Assembly: GCA_008690995.1 (NCBI GenBank)
Contig: VRMN01000014.1
Location: 62,001-126,000, forward strand
Source: Porphyridium purpureum
Lineage: Eukaryota
Reading direction: 5' to 3'
Length of the DNA stretch: 64,000 nt
Part shown: positions 9,976-20,026 of the stretch, in pieces
Layout: the number at the start of each line of letters is the position of its first letter
How positions within the stretch are numbered: position 1 is the first letter of the stretch
The notes under the pieces: generated by a model
The model's database searches: none
The model's input: only the letters and a program-made list of their open reading frames with translations
Told to the model about the DNA's origin: nothing
Program-made: the position numbers and the translations under genes

Positions 9976-11928
9976 TCATATCGATTCTGCAGATGCCGTG
10001 AACAGGAGCCGTGCCAACGATACTTCACGGGAAACACCCACTTCAGACGTGAGCTTTGAGACAAACGGAGCAAAGTCTTCGACAATCGGCACCTGCAGAT
10101 CGAAAAGAGCGAGGAACGATGGCTGCAAGCAACGAAGCTGGATGCGAGGCAGCTGCACGTCATCCACTGAAACCCCCTGGTACAAGCGGCACGCATATGT
10201 GACAAGAACACGAGCGTTTGGTACGACGATGGATGCGCTCTCACCCGAGCCTCGAATCCAGCTTTCTATTGCATCTGCAAGCTCCCTCTTTACGGACCAA
10301 GTGGCCAGCGCATTGGCCTGCTCCACATGCTCCGCAATCAGACTGAGTATTGGACCCAAGCCGTGCTTTGGATTCTGCTCAAAAAGATCAACTTGGCTTA
10401 CGCTTTCAAAGGCTGTGGCCAGCTTCCAAGCACAAGCTGCCAAGTTGTTCAGCTTCCAAATTCGTTCCAAATCAACGCGAAACTCTTTATGCAGCGGCGG
10501 CTCATTTTCATCTGCATTCTCTTGTAGCAGTACATGCACCGCCATGCTGTAGCGGCCATCTTGGCCGATACCGGTGATACCATGGTACATAATTTCAACG
10601 CATCCGCGCGCCAGAGCTGTGACTGCTTGAATCGACGCCAGCATCACGAATATCCCAGAGCGCTCCAGTTCATCGACGCTCGAGTCTGACGCCAAGGCTG
10701 CGAGTTTCTGGAACAAAACCGTTATGGAGTCGTGAATGTCATCAGACTGCACTGTTCCAAGATCATCCAGAAGCTCGACGCACTCGCACAGGGTTTCCAG
10801 GGCCAATGCACCCGGCATTCTGCGCTGAAATGCATTTAGGTGCCGCATGCCGTCAAAAAGAAAGTACGAGTAAACTGCATCCTTCTCCTCCTCGAATTTT
10901 TGGGCACACAGACTCACGAATTCATGCGCGAGGACGTTCGATTTGCTCATCAGTCTGCCTAATTCCTCCAGATCAGGGTCCGCGTCAGGCACGCCCATGC
11001 AATATTCGCTTAGCACAAATGGAAACAGGCCAAATGGATAGTACCGAGCGAAGTAGGATTCCGGTGCTTCTTCGTCGACATCATTTTCGTCATGTGCGAT
11101 TCCGCGCTCGACAACTCTCGCAAGAGTACGCTCTATCAGGTCTTGGAAAACCACTGGAATCTTTTCATACACGCGGACGCGCAGAGTTTCGTCCCAAGTA
11201 TCCATGAAGCCGTAAGGCATCTTCTCGAGAACGTCGAACACTTTTGCGTACGGATTCGGCGAGCCAGAATCGCTTGCTTCGATCGATTCCAAGTTGTCAA
11301 GCTCGACCAGTCTCTTCATCAAGGTCACCGGGATGATACCCAGATGCGGCACGTTGAGCAGATCAAGCGTGTCGTCCAGGACGCTCCGCAAAAGGTGGAT
11401 GTCGCGCAAGTCGCACGCTAAGGCATACTTCTGCAGCTCCTGCACAAGTCGGTCGTATACTTGGGCGTGGATCTCCCACCGCTTGCTGTGGACGCTTTCG
11501 GTGAACACCAAAAGCGGCGTGCGCAACCGGTCAAACTTGTTTGCGGCTCGGAACGCTTCGAGCTCCCTTTCGATCTTGGCTGCGTCCCCGTTGGCTTCTT
11601 CGATCTTTTTTCTCAAATAGTCACGACCTTTTTGGTCCACCACGCGGCGCAGGGAGCCCGGCCGCGTGTGCGCACAAACCTCCACGCGCGGTGGCTGGGA
11701 TGCACCGTCTTCCACCCCGGCCGACGCGTATGCGCCTTTTGTGCCATTCGCGCCATTCACAGTGGGAGCACCGCTCGCACTCGCGCCATGACTGTGGGCC
11801 AGCTTGACGGGTTGGCGACCAGCGGGCACATCGGAACCTGCTCCTCCGCCTTGCACCGGAGACCCAGGATGCCGAGCGTCCGGCGCCAGTCCTTTTCTCG
11901 CGCGCTTTGCCGTGCTCTCGTCGCTCAT
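9976..11928 (-). CDS. NELFB: NELF-B/COBRA1-like protein (negative elongation factor B homolog)
   Basis: Likely start MSDES at 11928. The segment GRDYLRKKIEEA...ELEAFRAAN...PLLVFTESVHSKRWEIHAQVYDRLVQEL...LDDTLDLLNVPHLGIIPVTLMKRL...LRVRVYEKIPVVFQDLI follows, from memory, the COBRA1 N-terminal pattern (IEQFQxEN, LPFLDLHGxxRxEFHQSVFDxL, LLxKSFxLxxxPxLQPVVMxVMKHL). Confidence 0.65.
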   Translation of the reverse strand: MSDESTAKRARKGLAPDARHPGSPVQGGGAGSDVPAGRQPVKLAHSHGASASGAPTVNGANGTKGAYASAGVEDGASQPPRVEVCAHTRPGSLRRVVDQKGRDYLRKKIEEANGDAAKIERELEAFRAANKFDRLRTPLLVFTESVHSKRWEIHAQVYDRLVQELQKYALACDLRDIHLLRSVLDDTLDLLNVPHLGIIPVTLMKRLVELDNLESIEASDSGSPNPYAKVFDVLEKMPYGFMDTWDETLRVRVYEKIPVVFQDLIERTLARVVERGIAHDENDVDEEAPESYFARYYPFGLFPFVLSEYCMGVPDADPDLEELGRLMSKSNVLAHEFVSLCAQKFEEEKDAVYSYFLFDGMRHLNAFQRRMPGALALETLCECVELLDDLGTVQSDDIHDSITVLFQKLAALASDSSVDELERSGIFVMLASIQAVTALARGCVEIMYHGITGIGQDGRYSMAVHVLLQENADENEPPLHKEFRVDLERIWKLNNLAACAWKLATAFESVSQVDLFEQNPKHGLGPILSLIAEHVEQANALATWSVKRELADAIESWIRGSGESASIVVPNARVLVTYACRLYQGVSVDDVQLPRIQLRCLQPSFLALFDLQVPIVEDFAPFVSKLTSEVGVSREVSLARLLFTASAESI

Positions 11929-12505
11929 GCTTGCTCGAGTTCGCTGGGCGTCGCTTACACCGCGCCGGTGGCCGCCACGCGCAGCTGCACGCGTGAACGC
12001 GAAGGCTCTGCGCCCCGACCGCACAGTTGGGATGAAACGCTTCGATCTCTGACAGACGTGGAACGGTGCAGGGTCTAGCTTTCAACGCGACTGCGCTGCG
12101 CGTTGCGTGCGTCCGTGCGATTGTGCGCGTGTTTACGTGCTTGTATGCGTTGCGAGTGCAAGGCGTGCGGCACGCCCAGTAAAAACAAGGACCGCGCAAA
12201 GTCGATCGAGGAGACGCGGCTCGCAACCATTCGAACCGGCAGACATTCATGCGCCCTTGGAAGCGGAGCTTGTGCCTAGCCTTGAGGTGTCTAGAAAGAT
12301 GGCAAGTGCTCGTTCACGAGAACAGAGCCGTTCCAGCGTCAAGCCACCCATGTACAAGTTTTACATTTTCATTCTCGGGAAGTTGCTTTACAGCTCTGTA
12401 CAAACATGAAGGTGGGAATGGGCGTACAAAAAAATACAAGGTTCCGCGGAGCGCATGCTTCGGAGCCACAGTGCATCGTGCGAGGGCCACTCCCTCATTC
12501 TTGTG

Positions 12506-13984
12506 CTACCTGCCCAACAGTTTGTCCGCGTCCTCGCGCCGGCTCTCCAGTTTTCGACATGGAATTCTGTTTGTCGCATGGGAAGCCATGAGCTCCATGG
12601 GCGCCGGCTTGGCGAGCGCCACGCCAGTCCAACGCAGCACGTCCGCGCGAGCTGGCGCTACCCCCAGGCTGCCCAGCTGCGCGTATAAAGTACGCACGGC
12701 CTTGGCGTTCTTCTTCGCGTTGCTGCACAGGCCGCTCGCGGCCTTGAAGGCCTGCTTTATCGTTCCTTTGCTGATGGCCACGCCCGCGCTGTCGTCGTTG
12801 CAGAGTCGCTCGAACAAGTCAAGCGCGGCTTGATTCTTGCCTGCCTTGCGCATGCGCTCCAGGAGCAAGTTGTACGAGCTGATGCTTGGAGTCAGCCCCG
12901 AGCGCCGCATCAGCTTGAGCATTTCCTCTGCGTCACGGAACATGTGCACACCCAAGTAGACGCGGCTCATGGCGCAAAATGTCATTTCGTCAAACTTGAC
13001 ATTGTTCTCCTTCATAAAGCCGTACACCTGGAGCGCGCAGAGCACCTCACAGCCGCGCGCGCACGCGTCCAACAGCACGTTGCACGTGACCGTGTTGGGG
13101 CGGAAGCCGGCATTCCTCATTTCTTCGAACAGGGCCAACGACTCGCGCACCCGCGGTGGCGACGCGTGGCCAAAGATGGATATCATGATCGAGTACACGT
13201 ACTGGTCTGGCTCGACCTCCTCCTGTGCCATCCTTTCGAAGAGCAGCGACGCCTCGTTCAGCGCGCCCAGCTTGCGGCAGCACTGCAGGCAGGTCGCGTA
13301 CGTCACCACGTCCGGCACGAGCCCCAGGGCTCGCATTCTGCCGAGCACCCGGAGCATGCCGTTCAGGTCGGCACTTTCACTGAGCTGCTTGAGCTCGAGG
13401 TTGAAGCTCACAATGTTGCGGTGCGGCTTGGACGAGATCTTGCCCCATCGAATCTGGCGAATCTCGCTCGCCGACGCGTCTGCGCTACTCGTCCGGTCTT
13501 GCGGCCTGGGCACGCGCGCGGCATGCTTGCGGGTCATGACGACGTGCGGCACGTTCTTGGCCGCGTCGGACAGCGCCGGGAGCACCTCCTCCATGCTGGC
13601 GGACGCCGCTCGGACGGCCGGCCCAGCAGATTCGTCGCGCGCCTGCTTTGGGCCCGGCTTGCTTCCGCCTAGCGGCGGCGTCGCGCGGCGCTGTGGGCGT
13701 CTGCGCTCGCTCTGCGCGTCGCCAGGGCTAGGTGGTGGCGCACACCGCACGGCGGTCGCGCGCCGCCGCGCGCGCCCGCCCCCGCACGCGCGCAGGTCAC
13801 GAGAGGCACAAATGCTGCGCGCGCCGCACGACGTTTCGGATACTGCGTGTGCGTCGCGCGCGCCGTGCCGCCACCGTCCATCCCGAGCTGCGCCCGCACG
13901 CGCGCCGCCGACTCGCGGCCAGCCTGCGCGACTAGACCGCGGCAACTGCCGCTCGCGGTCCGCGCAGCCCATGTCTCTCTCCAT
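12506..13984 (-). CDS. Pentatricopeptide repeat (PPR) protein, probably organelle-targeted
   Basis: Several 35-aa PPR units (NIVSFNLEL, PDVVTYATCLQCC, PDQYVYSIMISIFG, PNTVTCNVLLDACAR, PSISSYNLLLE). R/A/S-rich N-terminus. First ATG at 13984. Confidence 0.9.
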   Translation of the reverse strand: MERDMGCADRERQLPRSSRAGWPRVGGARAGAARDGRWRHGARDAHAVSETSCGARSICASRDLRACGGGRARRRATAVRCAPPPSPGDAQSERRRPQRRATPPLGGSKPGPKQARDESAGPAVRAASASMEEVLPALSDAAKNVPHVVMTRKHAARVPRPQDRTSSADASASEIRQIRWGKISSKPHRNIVSFNLELKQLSESADLNGMLRVLGRMRALGLVPDVVTYATCLQCCRKLGALNEASLLFERMAQEEVEPDQYVYSIMISIFGHASPPRVRESLALFEEMRNAGFRPNTVTCNVLLDACARGCEVLCALQVYGFMKENNVKFDEMTFCAMSRVYLGVHMFRDAEEMLKLMRRSGLTPSISSYNLLLERMRKAGKNQAALDLFERLCNDDSAGVAISKGTIKQAFKAASGLCSNAKKNAKAVRTLYAQLGSLGVAPARADVLRWTGVALAKPAPMELMASHATNRIPCRKLESRREDADKLLGR

Positions 13985-14479
13985 CTGCGTCGCGCACGCA
14001 CGCACGTGCCTCTACTCTCCTCTGCGCCGCGTCTGCTCTGCCGGTGGTCCTGCCGCGCCACCGCAACGCACTGCGCCTTGCCGCACCGCCGCGCCGAGCT
14101 CCGCGCGCTGCACAGACGCCCTTTATACCGCCGCGCGCGCACCCACCCACGCGCGCGCCGCGTGAAATATCTTCCTCTCGCCCTCTCCACCGCGCGCCCT
14201 TCTGCTCCGCTCGCAGCCCCTCCATCCACAGTGCGCGCAGTTACGCGACACTGCGCGCGCGAGCTCGCGCAGCAGCGCCAGTGTAAGCCGGCGGCGCGCC
14301 CCACAAAACGGGCGCGTTCTGCGCGCGCGCGATCGATCGCTCCACCAAATGCCGCGAGCAACCCTAATGCGCGCTGCATGCGTGCGTCTTGTGCAGTGGT
14401 TGCGGTTTCGTGCGTTTTTTGTGTGTTCGCGCCGCGCCGCGCCGCGCAGTGCTCGCTGCATTAGGTGGAAGGGAAGGGG

Positions 14480-14720
14480 GTACAGCGCGCTCCGGGCGGC
14501 GCGCCGGTTCGAGCCGCGCGGCACGGCAGGTGTACTGCGGACTGCACCGCCGCGTGCGGGGGTCAGTGGACTGTACATACGCGCGGCTGGGGAAGGTACA
14601 GTGCGCGGTGGCGTGCGGTACAGCGCGCGCGTTCCGAGGCGCGTGGGGGTGCTGGTGGGTGTGGAGCGCAGCAGGGGCGGGAGGCGGATGGCGCTGCGCG
14701 TGCGGTGGCGCTTTCGGTAC
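14480..14720. promoter_or_regulatory. GTAC-motif cluster in the PPR/Spt20-like divergent promoter
   Basis: Six GTAC cores, mostly GGTACAG or CTGTAC, at about 14480, 14532, 14573, 14596, 14618 and 14717. Regulatory role inferred from position. Confidence 0.5.
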
Positions 14721-14828
14721 GGCCGGCGCGGCCGGTGCGACGCGGCGCACGCGACGCCGCGGCGCACAGACCCGCGGTGGGCCGCGCTGTTCGGGCTCGA
14801 CGGTGATGAGGAGCGCCGGAGCGCGCCG

Positions 14829-17300
14829 ATGAGCACGCCGCCGCGCGTGGACGCCGAGCGCGACGCGAGCATGCGCGCTCGTGGAGAGGCGCCTGCGGCG
14901 AACAGTTCCGAGCGCGCGCGCACGGCGCCCAGCCTCAAGCGCAGGCGCGTCCGCGTCGCGCAAGCGCCCGGAAACCCGTCCGCGCCCTCCGCAAGCACCG
15001 CCCAGTCTGCCGTCCGGCCCCGCAGCGTGCCCGCGGGTGAGTGCTCGACCCAGAAAACCGACGGCGAGTCGACTGCGGCCGCATCGGCATCTCGGCCGCA
15101 CATGCAGAAAGCCGCGGACAACCAAAGCCCGCGCGCCCAGCCAGCGGCTGATGACGACCTGGCGCTCAACGCGCCTCACGAAACGCAGCGCCTCTCCTCC
15201 CTCGGCTCCGATGCAATGCAAGTTCCGGCACATCCAGAGCTTGGGAATGTGAACGAAGAGCTGGACGCTGGCCCGGCCGTGCGTGTGGACCCGTCGACGC
15301 CAATGGACGTGAGCAACTCGCCAGCGCCTGAAAAGGCTACCCTACAGGTGCCAGTGCCCGGAGACGAGGACGCCACGGGAAAGAGACACTCGCCACTCGG
15401 CGTGGCAGACCAGGCAGACAAGAAGAGCATGCCTTCGGCCCGTGCGCCAAATGAGACCCCAGACTTGGCAGGAGTCGAGCGTCTAGAATCCAGCCACAGC
15501 GACAGGCTCGGTGACGGCGCGGCGGCGCGGGACGTACTTCAGTCTGTGAAGCCATCCATGTTTATTTACCTGTATCCGGACGGGTACCGCAAGGTCGATG
15601 GCTCCGTCTCGTCCGCCAAAGCGGCCAGCGGCGCACCGGCGAACGGTTCGGCGCCATCAATGGCAGCAGCAATGTCCAATCCTAGTAGCCCCGTGTCGCT
15701 CGTAAAGTCGCCGAGCACTGGCGCACTTCCCGGCGGAGCGGAGCTCTCGACACACAACCTCAAATTTCCATATAATCGACAGAGCCGCGATTTTTTGACA
15801 TGCCTAGAGCTAGGTGTCATGCCGCCTGAGCGCGACCTCCCGCCCGCGGCTTCGCGGACCTATGTGAACGGATGCTTGGTCGTCGAGATCTTGGACTTCC
15901 GGAGCTCGTCGCTCGCGACTCATGCGCCTATGGTACGGGCAACAAGCTCAAGTCCGAATCTGGCCGCCGCCGCCGCCGCCGCCGCTGCCGCTGCCGCAAC
16001 AACTTCTTCAGCAGCCGCGGCAGCGGCAGCTGCCTCATCAAGCATAAATCTGCGTCCAGCAGGAGTGCAGCACGGCGTTCACCGGGTACTGCTGCGCCCA
16101 GACAACTACTCGCGCATGCGTGATAGCGAGTCGTTTGCATCGTCGACCGGCATCGCAGCTTGGTCGAAAGAGTGGCGCGGGGCCACAGACGTTCTTTCGT
16201 CCGCGAGCGCCTCGGCAGCGCCCACGCGTGCCGAATGCGTACAATTCGAGGGTGCGTTGATGAAAGTAGGCTGTCCTGAAGACTCTTTACGTCAGGAGCT
16301 TCAAGTGAAGCCGGGCGACGCGTGGTTCGAGAGCGCATCACTCAGCCAGTATGGTGTTGTCCGCAGGTATCGACAAAGGAGCAATGCGCGCCGATCGGCC
16401 GTGCGCACGTCGCCCGCGCAGGACACGGCACTCAGGAGTCGTGTAGCAGCGCTAGGTCTCCTGCTTGCGACCGAATTGCAGAATAGAAAGCAGGTACGCG
16501 AGCAGCAGCAAAAGCTGGTCGAACCTGTTCTTGCGGCTGCCAAGGTGAGTGTGGACTTTTCCGAAAACTCTCCAAACCAAGTTGCGTCATTCTCAAGCCG
16601 CTTGGTTGGGATCTTGAAGCCAGTCTCCTCTCGAGAAACGTTGCGCTCGGTCCGTCTGGTTTCCACGCAGCACGTTCGTGGTTTGACAGGTACTGGAAAT
16701 AATCGAGTTCAAGCAGTGCCCGCCCCGGCTGGACCGTCAAATACAGCTCTGCCATCCACGACGAGTGGTACAGTGGACCGCAAAAATGGGGCTGCGGCTA
16801 TCGCCAGCTCGGGTAGTGGTGGGAATGCCCAAGGTGCGGCCACGGGAACGCCCAGTACTTCATCGTCGGCGTCGAATGGTCAGATTGCACCCTCCGGGAA
16901 CAATGCCGGAGGCGCAACCCTGTACGTCTTGGATCTAGTCCGCTACCCGGCGCGAGGTTGCGAATGTATCATATGGCGCGCTCATATGGGCGGCAAGAAG
17001 GGCGCAGATAGCTTCCGCATTTCGCTCGGTACGATTGAGACTGCAACCTTGTTCATGGACCAGTTTCGGAGGCTCGTGCGTGCGGAGGGGTTCCGAGTCG
17101 TGCTCGACGCCGCCTCTCCAACCGCTCGAAGTACTCAAGATGTGCCGCAGCAGCAACTGCAACAACAGCAGCAGCAACAACAACAAGGAGATCGAAAGCC
17201 TCCAGACGGGCAGCGTCCACAACCGTATCAAGCGCAGCCGCTGCAGAGCCAGCAAAAAGCACAACAGTATAATGCGGAACAACAACAACAACAACAACAA

Positions 17301-17381
<81 letters not shown>

Positions 17382-18182
17382 CAACAGCAACAGCAGCATC
17401 AACCGCAACTGGGGCAAACGTCACAATTGCAGGCTCATCCGTCACAAGGGCAACAGCAACAGCAACAGAAACTCCAAGAACAGCAACTGCTGCAGCAGCA
17501 ACGACAGATAATGATTGCACGGCAGCAGCGACAGCAGCAGCAGCAGCAACAACAACAACAGTTGCCGCAGCAACATATCAAGCAAGGACTCTCTTCTCGC
17601 CCTCAGCACCAAACCAACTCACAGCAGCCGGCTCGAGCCGCCGACACGTCCGACGTGTCGGTCGCGGAAAGAACAGCAGGCGGTGCCAGTGGCGTGGTGC
17701 CGTCCACTGCTCCTGCGCGATCGACCGTATCGCCACAACTTAGCAGTGTAGATGGCAGTAAGACACTGGCCGATGGTACGTCTCATACTCCGTTGCAGCT
17801 GCCACATCAGCACCAAGACTCGGGTATGACCGGGCGGCAAGCGGCACGGGGAGGCGCTGTTATACGTGGAGGTATCAGCTCCACTGTTGGCACGCAGCGA
17901 AGCACATCGCAATCTCCAACTCTGGCAATGACTCCACAACAGCAACGGCAGCAGCAGAGTGTGACGGCCACACCTACACTTGGCGCGATTGCTACGACCA
18001 CGGGTCCTTCTACGGGAGGTGGAGTTGGGGCAGGAGTCTACCGTCCGTCGGGACAGTCAGATGTAGGTGCATTAAGAAGCAACCCGGGATCAGCTGCTCA
18101 CTCTGTTCCTTCCCCTGGCCTCTCGGCAAACGTGCAAAATCAGACGCCACGTACGAGACCAAACGATGCTGGAGGAAAGTGA
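14829..18182 (+). CDS. Spt20-domain (SAGA/PHL-like) protein with polyAla and long polyGln tracts
   Basis: Spt20-type motifs MFIYLYPDGY, FPYNRQSRDFLTCLELGVMPP, TYVNGCLVVEILDFRS, HRVLLRPD; Q-rich C-terminus. Start MSTPP at 14829 is assumed. Confidence 0.75.
17280..17396 (+). repeat. Coding (CAA/CAG)39 polyglutamine tract
   Basis: Uninterrupted CAA/CAG codons in the Spt20-like ORF, with further shorter Q runs at about 17148-17187 and 17450-17575. Confidence 0.95.
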
Positions 18183-18237
18183 AAGAAAGCTATCTGCGTG
18201 ACCATCGGCCAAACCCACCAGGTATCGAGTAAGGTAT

Positions 18238-19829
18238 TTATTCGCCAGTTAGTTTCAGTATGCGCTTGCTCACTGGCATCCGTATTCTTGCTTGTGCTTT
18301 AGACTCCGACGGGTCTGACTCTAGCAATGCCGCGTTTGCTGCGGAGGCCGTGTTTGGGCGCGACTTGCGCGAACTGAGCGAAAAGCCAATCGCGCCAGAT
18401 GCGACAACCAGAGCAGCGTAACCTTTCTGCATCGTGAAGCACTGCGAGGACTGTCGGGAGCAAAAAAGCAGAGACGATACTGCAAAGACCGATACGGCGC
18501 GAGTGGCGTTCATGACACCAATGGGCACGGCACCCACGAGCGTCAACAGGTCGTAATAAGTAACGCTGTGCAAAAATGATGCAACGCAATGCAGTACATA
18601 GCACAGCACAATAGTGGACACGCGACCGTGCTGCTGCTCGATGGGCACGAGAACAAGCTCGGACCACCGCGGTACCGTGTGCACCAGGACGTAAACGCTA
18701 AAAAGCACAAAACATGAAAAACCTGTGTATAAAGACAAATCCATGCCACGCGCCGGGGGTAGGGCGGCACGCTCGTCCGGTTCGCAACCCAAAAAGTACT
18801 CGGCAATGACATAGTTCAGCGAGAAGAAGAGGCACGACAACATGGTTAGTGCAACCCCTGTGTACGTAGAGGACTCCCACGCCGCGGCTGACGACGACAG
18901 CCACGGAGTATGGGCTGCTCCTTTGTGACTGCCAACCGGCAGCCCAAGACCGCTGAAGTTGCTGTCACTGCTGGCTTTCATGTGCATCTGATTAGAAGCG
19001 TTTTGTTCACCCATAGGTTTACCAATAGAGTCTGCGATGCTTACCGCCGCCGCAGAGTGCCACGAGCTAGGCAGCGTAAGTGCGGCATCATTGTGTACTT
19101 TACCAGATGTGAACAGCCAGTGCCAACTCTCTGGGAGCAGGTCCAATCCCGTGATTGCCGGATTACGGGTGGTCAAAGAGAGTCCAGCCGAAATCACAAA
19201 AATTGACAACCACTGAGACGCGGACAGCCGTTTCCCGAGAAACCCCCACGAGAGCAGCGCAGTAAAGATGGTAGCACCCGACATGACCACTTGGTAAAGT
19301 CCTGAGCCGGCGAGCGCGAGCCCCACGAGCCCAGCTACGAAGCCGCAAACCTCATTTAGCGTAAGCACAAAGAGCTTGCGGCGTTCACGGTGCAACAGAA
19401 CAATCCAGAACGAGGCAAACGCGGACCATGCACCTTGCGCCAGCTCCATGGCAGCGCTACCCTGTACTCTCGGCCTGCCCTTTCCGGGCAGGGAGGAGGC
19501 GCCCACGGCAGAAGCGTCTGCTGTGGCCGATGCGCCTCGTTCGCGTCGCCGGCGGCGCGCGGCGGCGGCGCCGACCGAGACACGCGGTCAAGCAGGCCGA
19601 AAATCGGCCGCCCGAGAAAGTAGCACAGCGAGTTACCAAGGTACTGCGGCAGCGCCACGAGCAACGTGGAGCTGTCCGAGCCGCCCGAGTAGATCAGGGT
19701 CTGCACGGCGACGGTCTGCACGACGCCCGTGAGCACAAACAGCACCGCGCAGATCACAACGCGCACAGCGCGCGCGCGCCGCGCGGCGCTATCCGCTGCG
19801 TCCATGTTCCCGCCGCGGCCGTGCGCCAT
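18238..19829 (-). CDS. DMT-superfamily / nucleotide-sugar-transporter-like membrane protein, with an apparent frameshift near 19500-19570
   Basis: The N-terminal TM segments (VVICAVLFVLTGVVQTVAVQTLIYSGG...LPQYLG) are in one frame. The rest (GLALAGSGLYQVVMSGATIFTALLSWGFLGKRLSASQW...GAVPIGVMNATRAVSVF...FCSRQSSQCFT) is in a second frame. Confidence 0.75.
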
Positions 19830-19913
19830 TCTCCGCGGCGCGACGCCGACTGCAGCATCACGCACCGCGCGCCCGGTCTCGAGAGGCGCGCGCGCATGCC
19901 GCAAGGCGCGCAC

Positions 19914-19951
19914 TGTACACCTGCTGTACATAGGTGTACACCTCGTGTACA
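19914..19951. promoter_or_regulatory. Four phased TGTACA palindromes in the DMT/OPR divergent promoter
   Basis: TGTACA at 19914, 19925, 19935 and 19946 (spacing 11, 10, 11 bp), midway between ATGs at 19829 (-) and 20027 (+). Confidence 0.6.
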
Positions 19952-20026
19952 GTCCGGCTTCGAGCTGCGCGTGCGCGCATCACGCGCGTGCGGCGCGGCA
20001 GGGCACGCGGGCGGCTTGCTGGCACC

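Noticed and set aside
13600..15300. Many overlapping 200-400-aa R/A/P-rich ORFs on both strands (also at 19.4-20.6, 30.4-31.7, 33.8-35.3 and 38.4-39.5 kb)
   Set aside because: Expected from stop-codon scarcity in very GC-rich promoters and antisense to real genes; no recognisable domains.
16935..17520. PolyLeu, polyAla/Val and polySer/Asn ORFs
   Set aside because: Alternative frames and the antisense strand of the polyQ tract.
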